Part shown: positions 42,933-57,405 of the stretch, piece by piece
How the letters are laid out: every line of letters starts with the position of its first letter
Position numbering within the stretch: position 1 is the first letter of the stretch
From: an uncultured Acidobacteriota bacterium
Lineage (GTDB): Bacteria > Acidobacteriota > Blastocatellia > RBC074
Assembly (NCBI GenBank): GCA_963796275.1
Contig: CAWCKY010000001.1
Span: 384,001-448,000 of the forward strand
Direction of reading: 5' to 3'
DNA length: 64,000 bases
Program-made: the position numbers and the translations under genes
The notes under the pieces: generated by a model
Told to the model about the DNA's origin: nothing
Seen by the model: only the letters and a program-made list of their open reading frames with translations
The model's database searches: none

Positions 42933-45071
42933 ATGAAGAAGAGCAAATATTCTCCAGAGATCATACTTCCGGGCGGTCGGCCGTCTAAGATACTGGCGAC
43001 GATTTTATCTATCCTGGTCGCCTGCGGAGCAGTTCTGGTGACGGCGCAGGAAAAGAGTCAAAAGCCTGCGCAGGAAGGAAAATCTATGCCGGAGAATAGA
43101 AACAAACTTTTTGAAGGCGAGGTCAATGCGCCCGAAATTCCCGCAGGTCTCGAATGGCTCAATACGGAAAAGCCGCTCGCACTCCGCGAACTGCGCGGTA
43201 AAATCGTGCTGCTCGACTTCTGGACCTACTGCTGCATCAACTGCATGCACATCATTCCCGACCTGAAGAAGTTGGAAGCGAAATACGCCAATCAGCTGGT
43301 AGTGATCGGTGTGCATTCGGCGAAGTTCACGACTGAAAAAGGGACGGATAATATTCGGCAGGCGATACTACGCTATGAGATCGAACATCCCGTCGTCAAT
43401 GATCGCGATTTCGAAGTTTGGCAGCAGTTCGCTGTGCGAGCGTGGCCGACGCTGGTGCTGATCAATCCGAAAGGGAAGGTGGTAGGCGCGCAATCCGGAG
43501 AAGGTATCTTCGAGCTCTTCGATAATATCATAGGCGAGATGTCTTCCTATTTTCGCGCTCAGGGCGTACTCGACGAAAAACCCGTCAATTTCAAACTCGA
43601 GAAATTCTCCGCCCCGCCCAGCCTCTTGAGCTTCCCGGGGAAAGTGCTGGCCGACGAGAAAAATAATCGATTGTTCATTTCCGATTCGAACCATAACCGA
43701 ATCCTCATTACGACGCTGGATGGAATGGTGCAGGAAGTTATGGGCGACGGAGCGATCGGCGCCAAAGACGGCCAATTTGCGGAAGCCGAATTTAATCACC
43801 CGCAGGGAATGGCGCTCGACGGCGATACGCTCTACATTTGCGACACCGAGAACCATCTGATCCGCAAAGCCGATTTGAAAGCGCGGACGGTGGAGACATT
43901 GGTCGGAAACGGCCAGCAGGCAATGCGTTTCAATATCGAAGGTGTGGGTACGAATGTCGCATTGAATTCGCCCTGGGACGCGGTAATGCATAACGGGATG
44001 CTCTATATCGCTATGGCCGGACCGCACCAGCTATGGGTCGTCAACCCGAAGACGCGCGAAGCGAAACCATATGCCGGGAGCGGGCGCGAGAATCATACAA
44101 ACGGACCGCTGCTAGAGGCGGCGCTCGCTCAACCGAGCGGCATAACAACCGATGGAAAGTCGCTCTATTTTGCCGACAGCGAGGTCAGCTCGATCCGTTC
44201 CGCTTCGCTATCTCCCAATGGCAAGGTCGGCACGATTGTCGGTAAGGGCTTGTTCGATTTCGGAGATGTGGACGGAGCAGGCGATACCGTCCGGCTGCAA
44301 CACCCGCTCGGAATCGTCTATATACAAAATAAGCTTTATATAGCCGATACATACAATCACAAGATCAAAGTAATCGACCTCGCGAAAACCGAGTTCGACT
44401 CATCGGTATTACCTGAGGATATACAGACGGCGCGGGCTCAAACGACATCTCGCTTTGAATCCCGGACGTTCGCCGGAAATCGCGAACGAGGCACGCGAGA
44501 CGGCGACCGCAAACAAGCGCAATTCAATGAGCCGGGCGGCATTACTGCTACATCGAAGACCCTCTTCATAGCCGACACAAATAACCATCTCATCCGTAAG
44601 CTCGATCTCGACAGCGGGAAAGTGTCGACGCTCGAGTTGAAGGGGCTCGAGACGCTGACCAAACAGCTAGTGCGCAGGTTCCGGGGGCGTGTGGTCGATG
44701 TTGATAAACAGACCATCGCTCCAGGGCAGGGATCGATTTCACTCTCATTCGCTCTCCCCGCTGGGTATAAATACAACCAGGGCGCACCGTTTTACGTTGC
44801 ATATCGCATGAGCGATGACAATGCCGTAAAGATCACTGACAAAGAGACGTCGCGCAATTTCACCGAGCCCAAATTTCCGTTCGATATCCCGCTCGATGCA
44901 AAGCAGGGTGAAAGCGTGGCGACGATTGAAGCGGTGATCTATTTCTGCAATGACGAAAAGGAAAAAGTCTGCCTCGTCGACAGCGTGCGAGTGAACGTGC
45001 CGCTCGAAGTTAAAGAAGGCGCCCAGAAACAGGCGAAGGTGGAAGTCGCGGCTAAAGCGAGAGGCAAATAA
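42933..45071 (+). CDS. Thioredoxin-like plus NHL beta-propeller protein (NHLRC2/SOQ1-like)
   Basis: [21 protein letters not shown], repeated P.G....LYI.DT.NH.IR NHL motifs, C-terminal beta domain with CxxxxxxC. Confidence 0.9.
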   Translation: MKKSKYSPEIILPGGRPSKILATILSILVACGAVLVTAQEKSQKPAQEGKSMPENRNKLFEGEVNAPEIPAGLEWLNTEKPLALRELRGKIVLLDFWTYCCINCMHIIPDLKKLEAKYANQLVVIGVHSAKFTTEKGTDNIRQAILRYEIEHPVVNDRDFEVWQQFAVRAWPTLVLINPKGKVVGAQSGEGIFELFDNIIGEMSSYFRAQGVLDEKPVNFKLEKFSAPPSLLSFPGKVLADEKNNRLFISDSNHNRILITTLDGMVQEVMGDGAIGAKDGQFAEAEFNHPQGMALDGDTLYICDTENHLIRKADLKARTVETLVGNGQQAMRFNIEGVGTNVALNSPWDAVMHNGMLYIAMAGPHQLWVVNPKTREAKPYAGSGRENHTNGPLLEAALAQPSGITTDGKSLYFADSEVSSIRSASLSPNGKVGTIVGKGLFDFGDVDGAGDTVRLQHPLGIVYIQNKLYIADTYNHKIKVIDLAKTEFDSSVLPEDIQTARAQTTSRFESRTFAGNRERGTRDGDRKQAQFNEPGGITATSKTLFIADTNNHLIRKLDLDSGKVSTLELKGLETLTKQLVRRFRGRVVDVDKQTIAPGQGSISLSFALPAGYKYNQGAPFYVAYRMSDDNAVKITDKETSRNFTEPKFPFDIPLDAKQGESVATIEAVIYFCNDEKEKVCLVDSVRVNVPLEVKEGAQKQAKVEVAAKARGK

Positions 45072-45324
45072 TAATGGATACTGGATAATGGATAATTGAT
45101 AATTCGTATAAATTGTTGCCACAGTTTATATGAATCATCAATTATCAGCGTAATGGGGAAGGTGCCGCTCGAAGTTAAAGAAGGCGGGCGCCCTCACAAA
45201 CAGGCGAAGGTGGAAGTCGCGGCTATAGCGCGTGGCAAATGATAATGGATAATTGGAAAATTCGTATAAACTCAGACAACAGTTTATGCGAATTATCAAT
45301 TGTCCATTATCAATTATCAATTAT
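44997..45324 (+). repeat. ~165-bp diverged tandem duplication of the gene 3' end plus REP-like palindrome
   Basis: gtgccgctcgaagttaaagaaggc..aaacaggcgaaggtggaagtcgcggcta at 44997 and 45162, each followed by a aattcgtataaa..tttat hairpin. Confidence 0.88.
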
Positions 45325-46289
45325 TACCAGTCTCCTTCTCTGTTCCAGGCAAATTGTTTCAACCGCCAGAGCATACCCGGCGTCAATCTCCTCCCATCTG
45401 AATAAGAGCAATTGGATGTAACGTGTTTCGCAGAGCGCATGCCTGGGATAACGGTGGTGACGGCGTCGTGGCTTAAAGTGTAGCGCAAAGCCAATTCCGC
45501 CAGATTTTCCGCCTCGGCCCCAAGTAATAATTGCAATCTCTCTACTAGATTGAAGACCCTCTCTTTACGGTCTCCGCGGAAGAACCAGGAACGGAAATCG
45601 CTCTCGGGAAAAACGGTATCCGGCCTGATCGCGCCTGTCAGCCCGCCCTCATCGAAAGGCACGCGCGCGATGACACCGATATTCAGTTCCTGACATAGCG
45701 GATAGAGTTCATTCTCGGGGGCCTGCTCGAAGATGTTGTAGATAACCTGCACCGTATCGATGTTGCCCTGCCGCAGGACCTTCAAGGCATTCCATGGCTG
45801 ATAATCGTTGATCGAGATACCAAAATACCTCACCTTCCCCTGCTCTCGCAGCGCCGTCAAAGCCTCGATCCATTCGGGTTCCTCAGTCCAGTTGTCGTGC
45901 CACACATGCAGCTGCTGCAGATCGATCGTGTCCAGGCCGAGGTTTTTCAGGCTCTGCTCCGTAGATTCGATGATGTAGTCGTAGGTGAAGACCTCCTGCA
46001 GCGAGACGCCCCGCGCCGGCCACTCCCTGTTTTTGGGCGGCACTTTCGTTGCGATCTGGATCCGCTCGCTGCGTGAGCGGATCACCTCTCCGACCAGGCG
46101 TTCGCTGTGGCCTTCGCCGTATGCCAGCGCCGTGTCGATGAAGTTCAATCCCTGGTCGATCGCCAGATTCAACGCGCGCTTGGCTTCTTCGTCATCACCG
46201 CCAGTCCATTGGATGCCGCCGATCCCCCAGGCGCCGTAGCCGATCTCAGACACCTCTATTCCGGTCCTACCGAGAGTTCTATATTTCAT
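45324..46289 (-). CDS. Aldo/keto reductase
   Basis: [46 protein letters not shown]. Confidence 0.92.
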   Translation of the reverse strand: MKYRTLGRTGIEVSEIGYGAWGIGGIQWTGGDDEEAKRALNLAIDQGLNFIDTALAYGEGHSERLVGEVIRSRSERIQIATKVPPKNREWPARGVSLQEVFTYDYIIESTEQSLKNLGLDTIDLQQLHVWHDNWTEEPEWIEALTALREQGKVRYFGISINDYQPWNALKVLRQGNIDTVQVIYNIFEQAPENELYPLCQELNIGVIARVPFDEGGLTGAIRPDTVFPESDFRSWFFRGDRKERVFNLVERLQLLLGAEAENLAELALRYTLSHDAVTTVIPGMRSAKHVTSNCSYSDGRRLTPGMLWRLKQFAWNREGDW

Positions 46290-46501
46290 GGGTCGCTCCA
46301 GATAATATAATGTTAATTGCTATCTTATTCATGTTGTTAATGGTTTGTGAAGATTTTATCGATGCGTGGTGATTTATTCACTTGAGGGTCTCGAATGTCA
46401 AGGTTGTTGAGAATTGTTGACGATTGGGCTATTTCACATGATATTGTTGTGGCTGTCGGTCAGATACGTTACAGAATCCAGGCTAATACTCGAGGTGATT
46501 T

Positions 46502-48184
46502 ATGAAAGCTAACCCTTCCGGGCTCCGGTTGCGCCTTATCATCGTGGGATCGATGTTCGCTATTGTCGGCACCTTCGCTCTACCTGGCTTTATGCTGAAA
46601 GCCGCGGCCGAGAAGACATTCAATCCCATCGCTGAGCTCTGGCAGTTAGCGCCACCGCCACCGAAGATCGCGGAGACCGACCGCATCGCGGAGCTGCGCG
46701 CGCGCCGGCAAGCGGTGATCAAGCGGATGAGCAACGACTCAATGATGGTCCTCTTCAGCGCTGAGCCGCGGGTTTACACGAATGACGTGGATTATCATTA
46801 CCGGCAGGAAAACAACCTCTACTATCTGACCGGGATCAAGCAGGCGGATGCCATTCTAGTCCTTAGCCCGGACGGAAGCGGAGCCAATAAGGAAATTATA
46901 TTTATACCGGAGCGCAATCCGATCTTCGAGACGTGGAATGGCCGGATGATGAGCTTCGACGAAGTGCGCGCGCGCAGCGGCGTGCAGGATGTAAGACCGC
47001 TCAGACTTTTCAAATCATTCCTCGCCCTGATCGCACCGCGCGCCGAGCAGGCGATCACCAAACGCAGCCCGATCCCCCAAGCCGCCGAAGAACTTAGGGG
47101 ACAGTGGAACCGGGATTTTCAAAAACTTATCCAGGCGGTCGCCGCTGATCGGGCTGACCTTTACCTTCTGACTCCGAATGGATTGGACCTGCGGGAATAC
47201 AAACAGGAGCACGAATTCGCCAGCCAGATAACCTCTTCCCAGGCCGGTTTTAAGATAAAGAACGCCCATCAGATATTCGCCGACCTGCGGCTCCAGAAAT
47301 CGGAATGGGAACTGAAGCTTATGCAGCACGCGGTGGACATCACGAGCGAATCATTCCATCGAGTTTTCGCCGCCGCCGCGCCCGCAATGTATGAGTATGA
47401 AATTCAGGCCGAATTCGAATATACATTCCGGCGGCGTAATGCCGACAACTGGGGTTATCCGTGCATAGTCGGGGCGGGCCGGAATGCCACGACCCTGCAC
47501 TACAACACCAGCCAGGAGAGACTCGACGACGGCAGCCTACTGCTTATGGATTGCGCGGCCGAGTATGACCACTACACCGCAGACATCACGCGTACGCTTC
47601 CGATAAATGGGAAGTTCACCAAAGAGCAGGCGGAGATTTACCGCATCGTTTATGAGGCACAAGCCGCGTCGATAGCGGCAGTTCGGCCCGGAAATTCCGT
47701 CAATACGCGGCACGATCCGAATATCTCGCCGCAGTCAGTACACGGGCGCTCGGTCGAGATAATCAAGGATGGGTTATTACGTCTGGGGCTGATCACCTCG
47801 AAAAACAATAATGAATACCGGACCTGGTTTATGCACGGGACCAGCCACTGGTTGGGGATGAACGTCCACGACGTGGGGGATTACTCGAAGCCTCTCGCGC
47901 CGGGAATGGTATTGACCGTAGAGCCAGGCATCTATATTCGACCCGACGCGCTCGAGGTTCTGGCGAAAAATCCGGAGAACGAACGATTTATCAAAGCTAT
48001 CGGCCCCGCGTTTGCAAAATACAAGGGCATAGGGGTGCGCATCGAGGATGACGTTCTGGTGACCGACGGAGATCCGAAAGTGATGTCTCGCGCGATTCCA
48101 TCAAAGCTGGAGGAAGTGGAAGCGGCCATGGCTCGATTGAAGCAGGAGCTTCGCAAATCGGGATGGCCAGTGGCTATGAAATAG
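46502..48184 (+). CDS. pepP: Xaa-Pro aminopeptidase (M24B), exported
   Basis: [55 protein letters not shown]. Confidence 0.88.
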   Translation: MKANPSGLRLRLIIVGSMFAIVGTFALPGFMLKAAAEKTFNPIAELWQLAPPPPKIAETDRIAELRARRQAVIKRMSNDSMMVLFSAEPRVYTNDVDYHYRQENNLYYLTGIKQADAILVLSPDGSGANKEIIFIPERNPIFETWNGRMMSFDEVRARSGVQDVRPLRLFKSFLALIAPRAEQAITKRSPIPQAAEELRGQWNRDFQKLIQAVAADRADLYLLTPNGLDLREYKQEHEFASQITSSQAGFKIKNAHQIFADLRLQKSEWELKLMQHAVDITSESFHRVFAAAAPAMYEYEIQAEFEYTFRRRNADNWGYPCIVGAGRNATTLHYNTSQERLDDGSLLLMDCAAEYDHYTADITRTLPINGKFTKEQAEIYRIVYEAQAASIAAVRPGNSVNTRHDPNISPQSVHGRSVEIIKDGLLRLGLITSKNNNEYRTWFMHGTSHWLGMNVHDVGDYSKPLAPGMVLTVEPGIYIRPDALEVLAKNPENERFIKAIGPAFAKYKGIGVRIEDDVLVTDGDPKVMSRAIPSKLEEVEAAMARLKQELRKSGWPVAMK

Positions 48185-48231
48185 AACAAAATTGACGCAA
48201 AGGCGCAAAGGTAAAAAGGGTAATCAGAGAT

Positions 48232-48657
48232 ATGTCGATAAGACTTTATCTGCCGGAAACTCGATTTGCCGTAGCGAGCATACCGCTTGAACAATACGGC
48301 GAGGTAGTCTCCTGTTTGAGCGAAATAGACGGTTTTGTTTCGATGATGCGCGACAAGGAAGAGATCACTCTGATCGTCGCGGAGAACGAATGGGAGAAAT
48401 TAGCTCACCGCTTCCCTCAGGCGCGCATACAGCAACAGCGGCGAATGATTCGCTTCGACACCGTGCTCGATTTTTCGGTCGTCGGGTTCATATCCGAAAT
48501 CAGCGGCGCTCTGGCCGATGCAGATATCAGCATCCTGAGCCTTTCAACCTACAGCACAGATGCCGTCTTCGTCCACGATTCGAGGTTCGACGATGCAGTA
48601 TCCGCCGTCAAACAGGCGTTGGTAACCTTGCGGTTCACACATCTCGCGCAACATTGA
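48232..48657 (+). CDS. ACT-domain protein (CASTOR/ACT_7-like)
   Basis: [36 protein letters not shown]. Confidence 0.85.
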   Translation: MSIRLYLPETRFAVASIPLEQYGEVVSCLSEIDGFVSMMRDKEEITLIVAENEWEKLAHRFPQARIQQQRRMIRFDTVLDFSVVGFISEISGALADADISILSLSTYSTDAVFVHDSRFDDAVSAVKQALVTLRFTHLAQH

Positions 48658-48846
48658 TTCGGGTCGCCAATTTTTTCTGTTCATTCAAATATCGCCAGAT
48701 TATGCAAATTTCGGCGAATCAAAGTTAGGACGGAAAACTTGTATATTTGCGATGCCTTGAAGAGATGGTGAGCCGTTCTGTCAGCAATGGTCGACCCGGC
48801 GGCGTTTCGGCATCACCAGACGAGAAAGCAAGAAAGGAAGCTAACA

Positions 48847-49749
48847 TTGTTGAATCGCATTATATTAATCAGTTTGCTGATAACGTTTGCCTTCATCCCT
48901 GTCTTCAGTCAATCGAAGGGCAAACGCACCTCTCCTGGCAAAACCCGTGCTGTTCAATTGGCCGAGATCGAGGCTGAATTGAAAACGCTCGAACGCGAGT
49001 GGTTCGATGCCGTTACGAAGAATGACGTAGCGACGCTTAATAGAATTTTCGCCGACGATTTCCTGGCTATCAGCAGCGACGGCAGTTTCATAACCAAAAC
49101 CGAGATGACCGAACTGCTCTCGTCGGGCCGCATTAAAGTCGATGAGATAAGAGTCGATGAGTTCAAGCTGAAGCTATACGGCAACACTGCCGTCGTCACC
49201 GGCCGGGCGACCTTCATCAGAAATCAGCAACCACTCGGCCAGGACGGTCACATCGAAGTTTGGGTCAGGCGACCCGGCCCATCGGGAAAAAACCTCTGGC
49301 AAGCAGTCTCGTGGACATCAATTCCGTTCACCAAAAAGACGATTGCCGGATCGGCAAATTCGACGAATTCGGCGAATTCGTCAAACACACCATCGAAAGG
49401 TAAAGAAGTGGCATCAGAACCATCAGAACCAGGATTGAAATTCGAAGAGATCGTTGTTGGCGTAGGCATTAGTCCGAAGCCTGGGCAAGACGTTACGGTC
49501 CATTACACCGGTATTTTGGAAAACGGGGTTAAATTCGACAGCTCACTCGATCGCGGTGAACCCTTCACGTTCAAGATCGGCGTCGGGCGAGTAATAAAAG
49601 GGTGGGACGAAGGCGTGATGACCATGAAAGTTGGCGGTAAACGCAAACTGATTATCCCGCCCCATCTGGGTTACGGTTCACGAAGCACGGGCCCAATACC
49701 TCCCAATTCAACTCTGATATTTGAAGTCGAGCTATTGGAAGTGAGGTGA
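48847..49749 (+). CDS. DUF4440/NTF2-like domain fused to FKBP-type peptidyl-prolyl isomerase, exported
   Basis: [24 protein letters not shown]; [36 protein letters not shown]; start uncertain. Confidence 0.85.
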   Translation: MLNRIILISLLITFAFIPVFSQSKGKRTSPGKTRAVQLAEIEAELKTLEREWFDAVTKNDVATLNRIFADDFLAISSDGSFITKTEMTELLSSGRIKVDEIRVDEFKLKLYGNTAVVTGRATFIRNQQPLGQDGHIEVWVRRPGPSGKNLWQAVSWTSIPFTKKTIAGSANSTNSANSSNTPSKGKEVASEPSEPGLKFEEIVVGVGISPKPGQDVTVHYTGILENGVKFDSSLDRGEPFTFKIGVGRVIKGWDEGVMTMKVGGKRKLIIPPHLGYGSRSTGPIPPNSTLIFEVELLEVR

Positions 49750-49882
49750 AATGTTCTAGCCGCCCTAGATTGCTGGCGAATCATCGCCGATTCTCTCGAT
49801 TGCACCAGCGAATGCGAGAATGTGTCTGTCTCGATGGTTTTTCTCGCTTTGAATAAACGCGAATTTGAGAGAGCCCACATTT

Positions 49883-51070
49883 ATGTCCAAAAAACGCCTA
49901 AAAACTGCAGGCCCACAAACCAAAGCAATCTACACATCGAAGGAGCTCAACCAAACCTCCGCGGTAAGCCCTCCGATCTGGCAGACGACAACGTTCAGCG
50001 CCGAGACCGCGGAGGAGTTCGCTGAGATAGCTATCGCCACGAAGCCGGCGGAATTTTACACGCGCTACGGTAACCCGAATCACGAGATGGTGGAGGAGAC
50101 TCTCGCTGCGCTCGAAGGAGGTGAATCTGCGCTGGTTACCAGTTCAGGCATGGGAGCCATCTTCGCCGGGATCGCCGGGAATTTGCAGAGCGGCGACCAC
50201 GTCATCGCGCAACTCAATCATTATGCGGGGGCAACGACCCTGCTCAAGGAATTCCTGCCTCGCTGGGGTATCGAAGTAACATTTGTTGATCAAACCAAAA
50301 ATTCCGAGTTCGCCGATGCGCTGCGTTCTCAGACGAAGCTGATATATGTCGAGACTCCCGTCAATCCGCTGATGCAGATCACCGATCTGCGATCCATCGT
50401 CGAACTGGCTCGGCCGCACGGCATCACTACCATCTGCGATAACACGTTCGCCACACCGATCAATCAGCGTCCGCTGGAAATGGGTATCGATGCAGTTGTC
50501 CACAGCGCGACGAAATATATCGGCGGGCACCACGATGTGACGGCGGGCGTCATGGTTGGATCGACAGAGATGGTCGAGCGCACGTGGAAGTTTGCGCTGG
50601 TGGCGGGCGCGACTCTTAGCCCATTCGATGCTTGGCTCTTGCTGCGTGGGCTCCGGACTCTGGGTTTGAGAGTCGAACGCCATAATCGAAACGGAATGGC
50701 GCTGGCAAAATTTCTGGAGCGCAATCCAAAGGTTTCCCGCGTTCACTATCCAGGCCTCGAATCACATCCCCAGCACGAACTCGCCAAATCGCAAATGAGC
50801 GGTTTCACCGGCATGCTGAGCGTGGAATTGCTTGGAGGATACCAGGCGGCCGATAGATTCATCTCTTCCCTCGAGCTTGCGACACGCGCAGCCTCGCTCG
50901 GCGGATTTGAGACTTTGGTCGTGCATCCAGCGTCGATGTGGAGTCTGCAACTCTCCCCCGAATTGAGAGAGCGGACCGGCATAAATGAAGGTCTGGTGCG
51001 TATCTCTGTCGGGCTGGAAGATGAACCCGATCTGTTGCAGGATTTCGATTGCGCCTTGCAAGAGGTATAA
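49883..51070 (+). CDS. PLP-dependent trans-sulfuration enzyme (methionine gamma-lyase/cystathionine gamma-synthase family)
   Basis: [49 protein letters not shown]. Confidence 0.92.
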   Translation: MSKKRLKTAGPQTKAIYTSKELNQTSAVSPPIWQTTTFSAETAEEFAEIAIATKPAEFYTRYGNPNHEMVEETLAALEGGESALVTSSGMGAIFAGIAGNLQSGDHVIAQLNHYAGATTLLKEFLPRWGIEVTFVDQTKNSEFADALRSQTKLIYVETPVNPLMQITDLRSIVELARPHGITTICDNTFATPINQRPLEMGIDAVVHSATKYIGGHHDVTAGVMVGSTEMVERTWKFALVAGATLSPFDAWLLLRGLRTLGLRVERHNRNGMALAKFLERNPKVSRVHYPGLESHPQHELAKSQMSGFTGMLSVELLGGYQAADRFISSLELATRAASLGGFETLVVHPASMWSLQLSPELRERTGINEGLVRISVGLEDEPDLLQDFDCALQEV

Positions 51071-51085
51071 GTTCTGCAGCGCACC

Positions 51086-51105
51086 GAGAGAGAGAGAGAG
51101 AGAGA
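51086..51105. repeat. (GA)10 dinucleotide microsatellite
   Basis: Direct read. Confidence 0.9.
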
Positions 51106-51186
51106 AAGACCGGTGCATAGCAATCTTCTCCAGTCGGCGCTCTATCTGTGTGGAATAAAGAAGGGCTGAATAGTTACACTATTACC

Positions 51187-51287
<101 letters not shown>

Positions 51288-51297
51288 TTTTATATTT

Positions 51298-51313
51298 AGC
51301 AATACTGATGCCA
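51298..51313 (-). promoter_or_regulatory. Sigma54 -24/-12 promoter
   Basis: TGGCAT-CAGTA-TTGCT matches TGGCAC-N5-TTGCW. Confidence 0.75.
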
Positions 51314-51568
51314 CGAACAGCCTGAATAGCCCCTAAACGCTAATTGCCGTGTAGACGCTGATTTAGCGCTCATTCGCATCTTTTGCTGTCTTCAAGATCT
51401 TTCGTACTTTATCCAGAATTTCGTATGTGAGCTTCAATTTTTCGGAGACGGGGCTATAGGATGGTTATATATGTCTGAAATCATTATTCCAATGCCTGTC
51501 CGATAATTTCCCAATATCCCGCATTTTTGTGGCTGGTTTATTCTTAGCCGGTACAATTTTGTTGCTGA

Positions 51569-52468
51569 TCATTCGACACCGATCCAATCCTGCGGTTTGA
51601 AATAAGCCCAGGCTGCAGATTCCGGCGTGTCTGGCGCGGGTTCATAGTCGTAATTCCACCGCGCTAGTGGAGGGAGCGACATCAGGATCGACTCCGTGCG
51701 GCCGCGGGTCTCCAGTCCGAATGTCGTGCCGCGGTCATAAACAAGGTTGAACTCAACATACCTGCCGCGCCTGATCAATTGAAACTCGCGTTCTCTTTCG
51801 CCGAAGTTATCATTGCGATGCTTTTCGATGATCGGCAAATAGGCGGGGAGGAAAGCATCACCCACATCTTTTACGAACGCGAAGAGCTTCTCCAAATCTC
51901 CCTGCAGATAGTCGAAGAAGATTCCTCCGACTCCCCGCGTCTCGTTTCGGTGTTTGATGAAGAAGTATTCGTCACACCACTTTTTAAAACGCGGATAGTA
52001 TTGTGGATCGTGCTTATCGCACGCCTCTTTCAGTATGCGATGAAAATGGACGACGTCCTCGCGCACCGGATAATAGGGCGTTAAATCCGTTCCGCCGCCG
52101 AACCAGCTCGTCGATTCTTTTTCCAGGTAACGGAAGTTCGCGTGAACCGTCGGTATATAAGGGTTGCGTGGATGAAGGACCAGCGAAATGCCGGTGGCGA
52201 AGAACTCGAGACCATCGCCCAACGCGATTTTCTTCGCGAATTCTTCAGGCAGGACGCCCTCCACTGCCGAAAAATTAACGCCGGCCTTTTCAAAAATCGC
52301 CCCTTCCTGCATGACGCGCGTCCGACCGCCGCCGCCGCCCTCGCGCTCCCAGCGATCTTCCCGGAAATTTGCCTTTCCATCAGCCTCTTCGATTGCACGA
52401 CAAATTCTGTCCTGCAGCAGCGCGAATGATTCCTGCGCACGGTGTCTAATAGGTTGTTGCTGGTCCAT
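51569..52468 (-). CDS. hemF: Oxygen-dependent coproporphyrinogen III oxidase
   Basis: FEKAGVNFS, PTVHANFRY, WFGGGTDLTP, RGVGGIFFD, RRGRYVEFNLVYDRGT. Confidence 0.96.
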   Translation of the reverse strand: MDQQQPIRHRAQESFALLQDRICRAIEEADGKANFREDRWEREGGGGGRTRVMQEGAIFEKAGVNFSAVEGVLPEEFAKKIALGDGLEFFATGISLVLHPRNPYIPTVHANFRYLEKESTSWFGGGTDLTPYYPVREDVVHFHRILKEACDKHDPQYYPRFKKWCDEYFFIKHRNETRGVGGIFFDYLQGDLEKLFAFVKDVGDAFLPAYLPIIEKHRNDNFGEREREFQLIRRGRYVEFNLVYDRGTTFGLETRGRTESILMSLPPLARWNYDYEPAPDTPESAAWAYFKPQDWIGVE

Positions 52469-52477
52469 GGAATGATT

Positions 52478-52993
52478 TCAATTGAGCTTGGTTTGCAGCC
52501 GGCGGAATGCCCTCAGCGCCTGTTTATAACTGGGATTCAGATCGTATGCCTCTTTATATAGATTCACTGCCCTGAGCAGATCACCGAATTCTTCGTATAC
52601 GCGCCCAAGGTTGAACCTCGGATAGAAAGGAGATTCGTATCGCTTGGTATCGAAAGCACGCTCGAGCCAGGGGATCGCTCCCCGCATATCGCCCTTCTGA
52701 ATCAGATATGCGCCTATATCGTTGTATGGGTTGCCATAGTCAGGATCGACTTCGATGGCTTTCATACATTCCTCAATCGCCTCATCGAGCTTGCCCTGAA
52801 AACTCTTGGCCCAGCCGCGAAAGGTGTAGGCCTCGGCCGTAGGAAAGACTTCAATCGACCTGGTGTAATGATCTATCGCCTCATCGAGCTGCTGGCGCAT
52901 CTGCGCCTCATACCCGCGCTGCCACCAGCTCATTGCTTCTTCGCGCATTTCCATCTCGATCATATCTTGTTTGAATATCGGATAGTCAGACAT
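52478..52993 (-). CDS. Tetratricopeptide repeat protein
   Basis: AEAYTFRGW, AIEVDPDYGNPYNDIG, FNLGRVY; AGGAG RBS before MSDY. Confidence 0.85.
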   Translation of the reverse strand: MSDYPIFKQDMIEMEMREEAMSWWQRGYEAQMRQQLDEAIDHYTRSIEVFPTAEAYTFRGWAKSFQGKLDEAIEECMKAIEVDPDYGNPYNDIGAYLIQKGDMRGAIPWLERAFDTKRYESPFYPRFNLGRVYEEFGDLLRAVNLYKEAYDLNPSYKQALRAFRRLQTKLN

Positions 52994-53110
52994 TCTCTTA
53001 GCTCCTATCTCCACTCTCGTCCAGGCTCTACTTAGTCAAATTCTACCTCCGCTCAATACAAACCGGAAATAGCCCGCTAAAGTCATAAATAAAGTGTGAA
53101 TCTATCTTTA

Positions 53111-53172
53111 TCTATATTGTCATCTATATTGTCATCTATATTGTCATCTATATTGCCCTAGTTATATTGTCC
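53111..53172. repeat. 12-bp tandem repeat TCTATATTGTCA, 3 perfect plus 2 degenerate copies
   Basis: Direct read in the divergent promoter region. Confidence 0.9.
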
Positions 53173-53367
53173 TACTTTTTCCGCCGTTTGTGGCGATTCT
53201 TTTAGTCGATGATAAATCGCCAATTTACAGCAAGTTTTATGTATTAAAACATCGCGCATTTTTTACATAGCATGGCTTGGTAATGTTACACATAGACACG
53301 CGCGAGTCTGACGCGCACTCTCTATAACTCACCTTTAACACTTGCAAGAATTCTATTTTTGCCCTGC

Positions 53368-53383
53368 TGGTACGCCTCTTGCA
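53368..53383 (+). promoter_or_regulatory. Sigma54 -24/-12 promoter
   Basis: TGGTAC-GCCTC-TTGCA, 100 bp upstream of the 53484 start. Confidence 0.7.
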
Positions 53384-53483
53384 CTTGATATCCGTAATCG
53401 CAGGCGTTGAAAGCTTTTTTATAAAAATGGCTTCATCACTACGATTGATAGTGCAAAACAAGCAATATGGAGGATGAAAATTC

Positions 53484-53843
53484 ATGAAAAAGCATACAGT
53501 TGGATTATCATTTTTAGTTGTGTTTGCTCTGGCCTCTATCGGATTCGCGTGGGGGACATACCAGGATCCGCAAACTTCAACTCAACAGCAGGCGGTAAAA
53601 CGAGCAACAGCCAAGGTTGTTTCGGTTGACGCCTCACGGAACGCTATTGAGATCAAAGATCAGACCGGAGCTAACGTAACAATGGCCGTTAGCCCGCAGG
53701 CTAAAATCACAAAAGATGGTAAGGACGTTGCTTTAACCGATATCAAGGCCGACGATACCGTCTCCGTCGAATGGGAAGATGATGGTGGAAGGATGACGGC
53801 GAAATCATTGACGGTAGTATCGGGTAAGAGTAAGAAACCATAA
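53484..53843 (+). CDS. Small secreted OB-fold-like protein (DUF5666-like)
   Basis: Signal peptide; AKVVSVD..AKITKDGK.VALTDIK.DD.V.V; GGAGG RBS. Confidence 0.75.
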   Translation: MKKHTVGLSFLVVFALASIGFAWGTYQDPQTSTQQQAVKRATAKVVSVDASRNAIEIKDQTGANVTMAVSPQAKITKDGKDVALTDIKADDTVSVEWEDDGGRMTAKSLTVVSGKSKKP

Positions 53844-53886
53844 CTCTGATGATAAAATTACGTCGTCCAGGCTAAGGCGACGAGGT

Positions 53887-53928
53887 AAATGGGTAGGACA
53901 GAATATCAAATCTGTCCTACCCATTTTT
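53887..53928 (+). terminator. Rho-independent terminator
   Basis: AAATGGGTAGGACAGA-8 nt-TCTGTCCTACCCATTTTT. Confidence 0.88.
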
Positions 53929-54026
53929 GTCACGAATTCTGGGATTGGATTTTTTTACTGAAAACCACCGAATCAATGCAAATACCCCCCTCTACGATAA
54001 ATTTTTAAAAAAATTCAGCACAGTAC

Positions 54027-54056
54027 TTGACAAGCACAAATTTAATCCATTATATT
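54027..54056 (+). promoter_or_regulatory. Sigma70 promoter of the str/S10 cluster
   Basis: TTGACA-18 nt-TATATT with AT-rich upstream element. Confidence 0.65.
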
Positions 54057-54206
54057 CCGACCTTTGTGAAGAACAGATAGAAATGCGGGTCATTTGAGAA
54101 TGTATTGTGGCTTTGTGATCCCTCGATTCGAGCGGGTTCTCCTTCATTAAGGTTGCAGCCGGGCAACGATCTTAAATCAACAATACGCCACAGAAAAACT
54201 CGGCGA

Positions 54207-54247
<41 letters not shown>

Positions 54248-54392
54248 AAATCAACCTTCGCATCATGCTTGAGACAGGTGCTCTTTACGGGCATTGGCCT
54301 CATATGCAGCCTCACATATTGCATGAAATCCTCCTGGGGAGGCCGGGCTGGTTATTGCCTTACATCTCCGGGAGTGGAGTTATATTTTTACT

Positions 54393-55299
<907 letters not shown>

Positions 55300-55305
55300 T
55301 AGTTT

Positions 55306-57403
<2,098 letters not shown>

Positions 57404-57405
57404 TT

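Noticed and set aside
51086-51105. (GA)10 tract as a phase-variation switch
   Set aside because: Lies downstream of a stop codon between convergent units, outside any ORF or promoter
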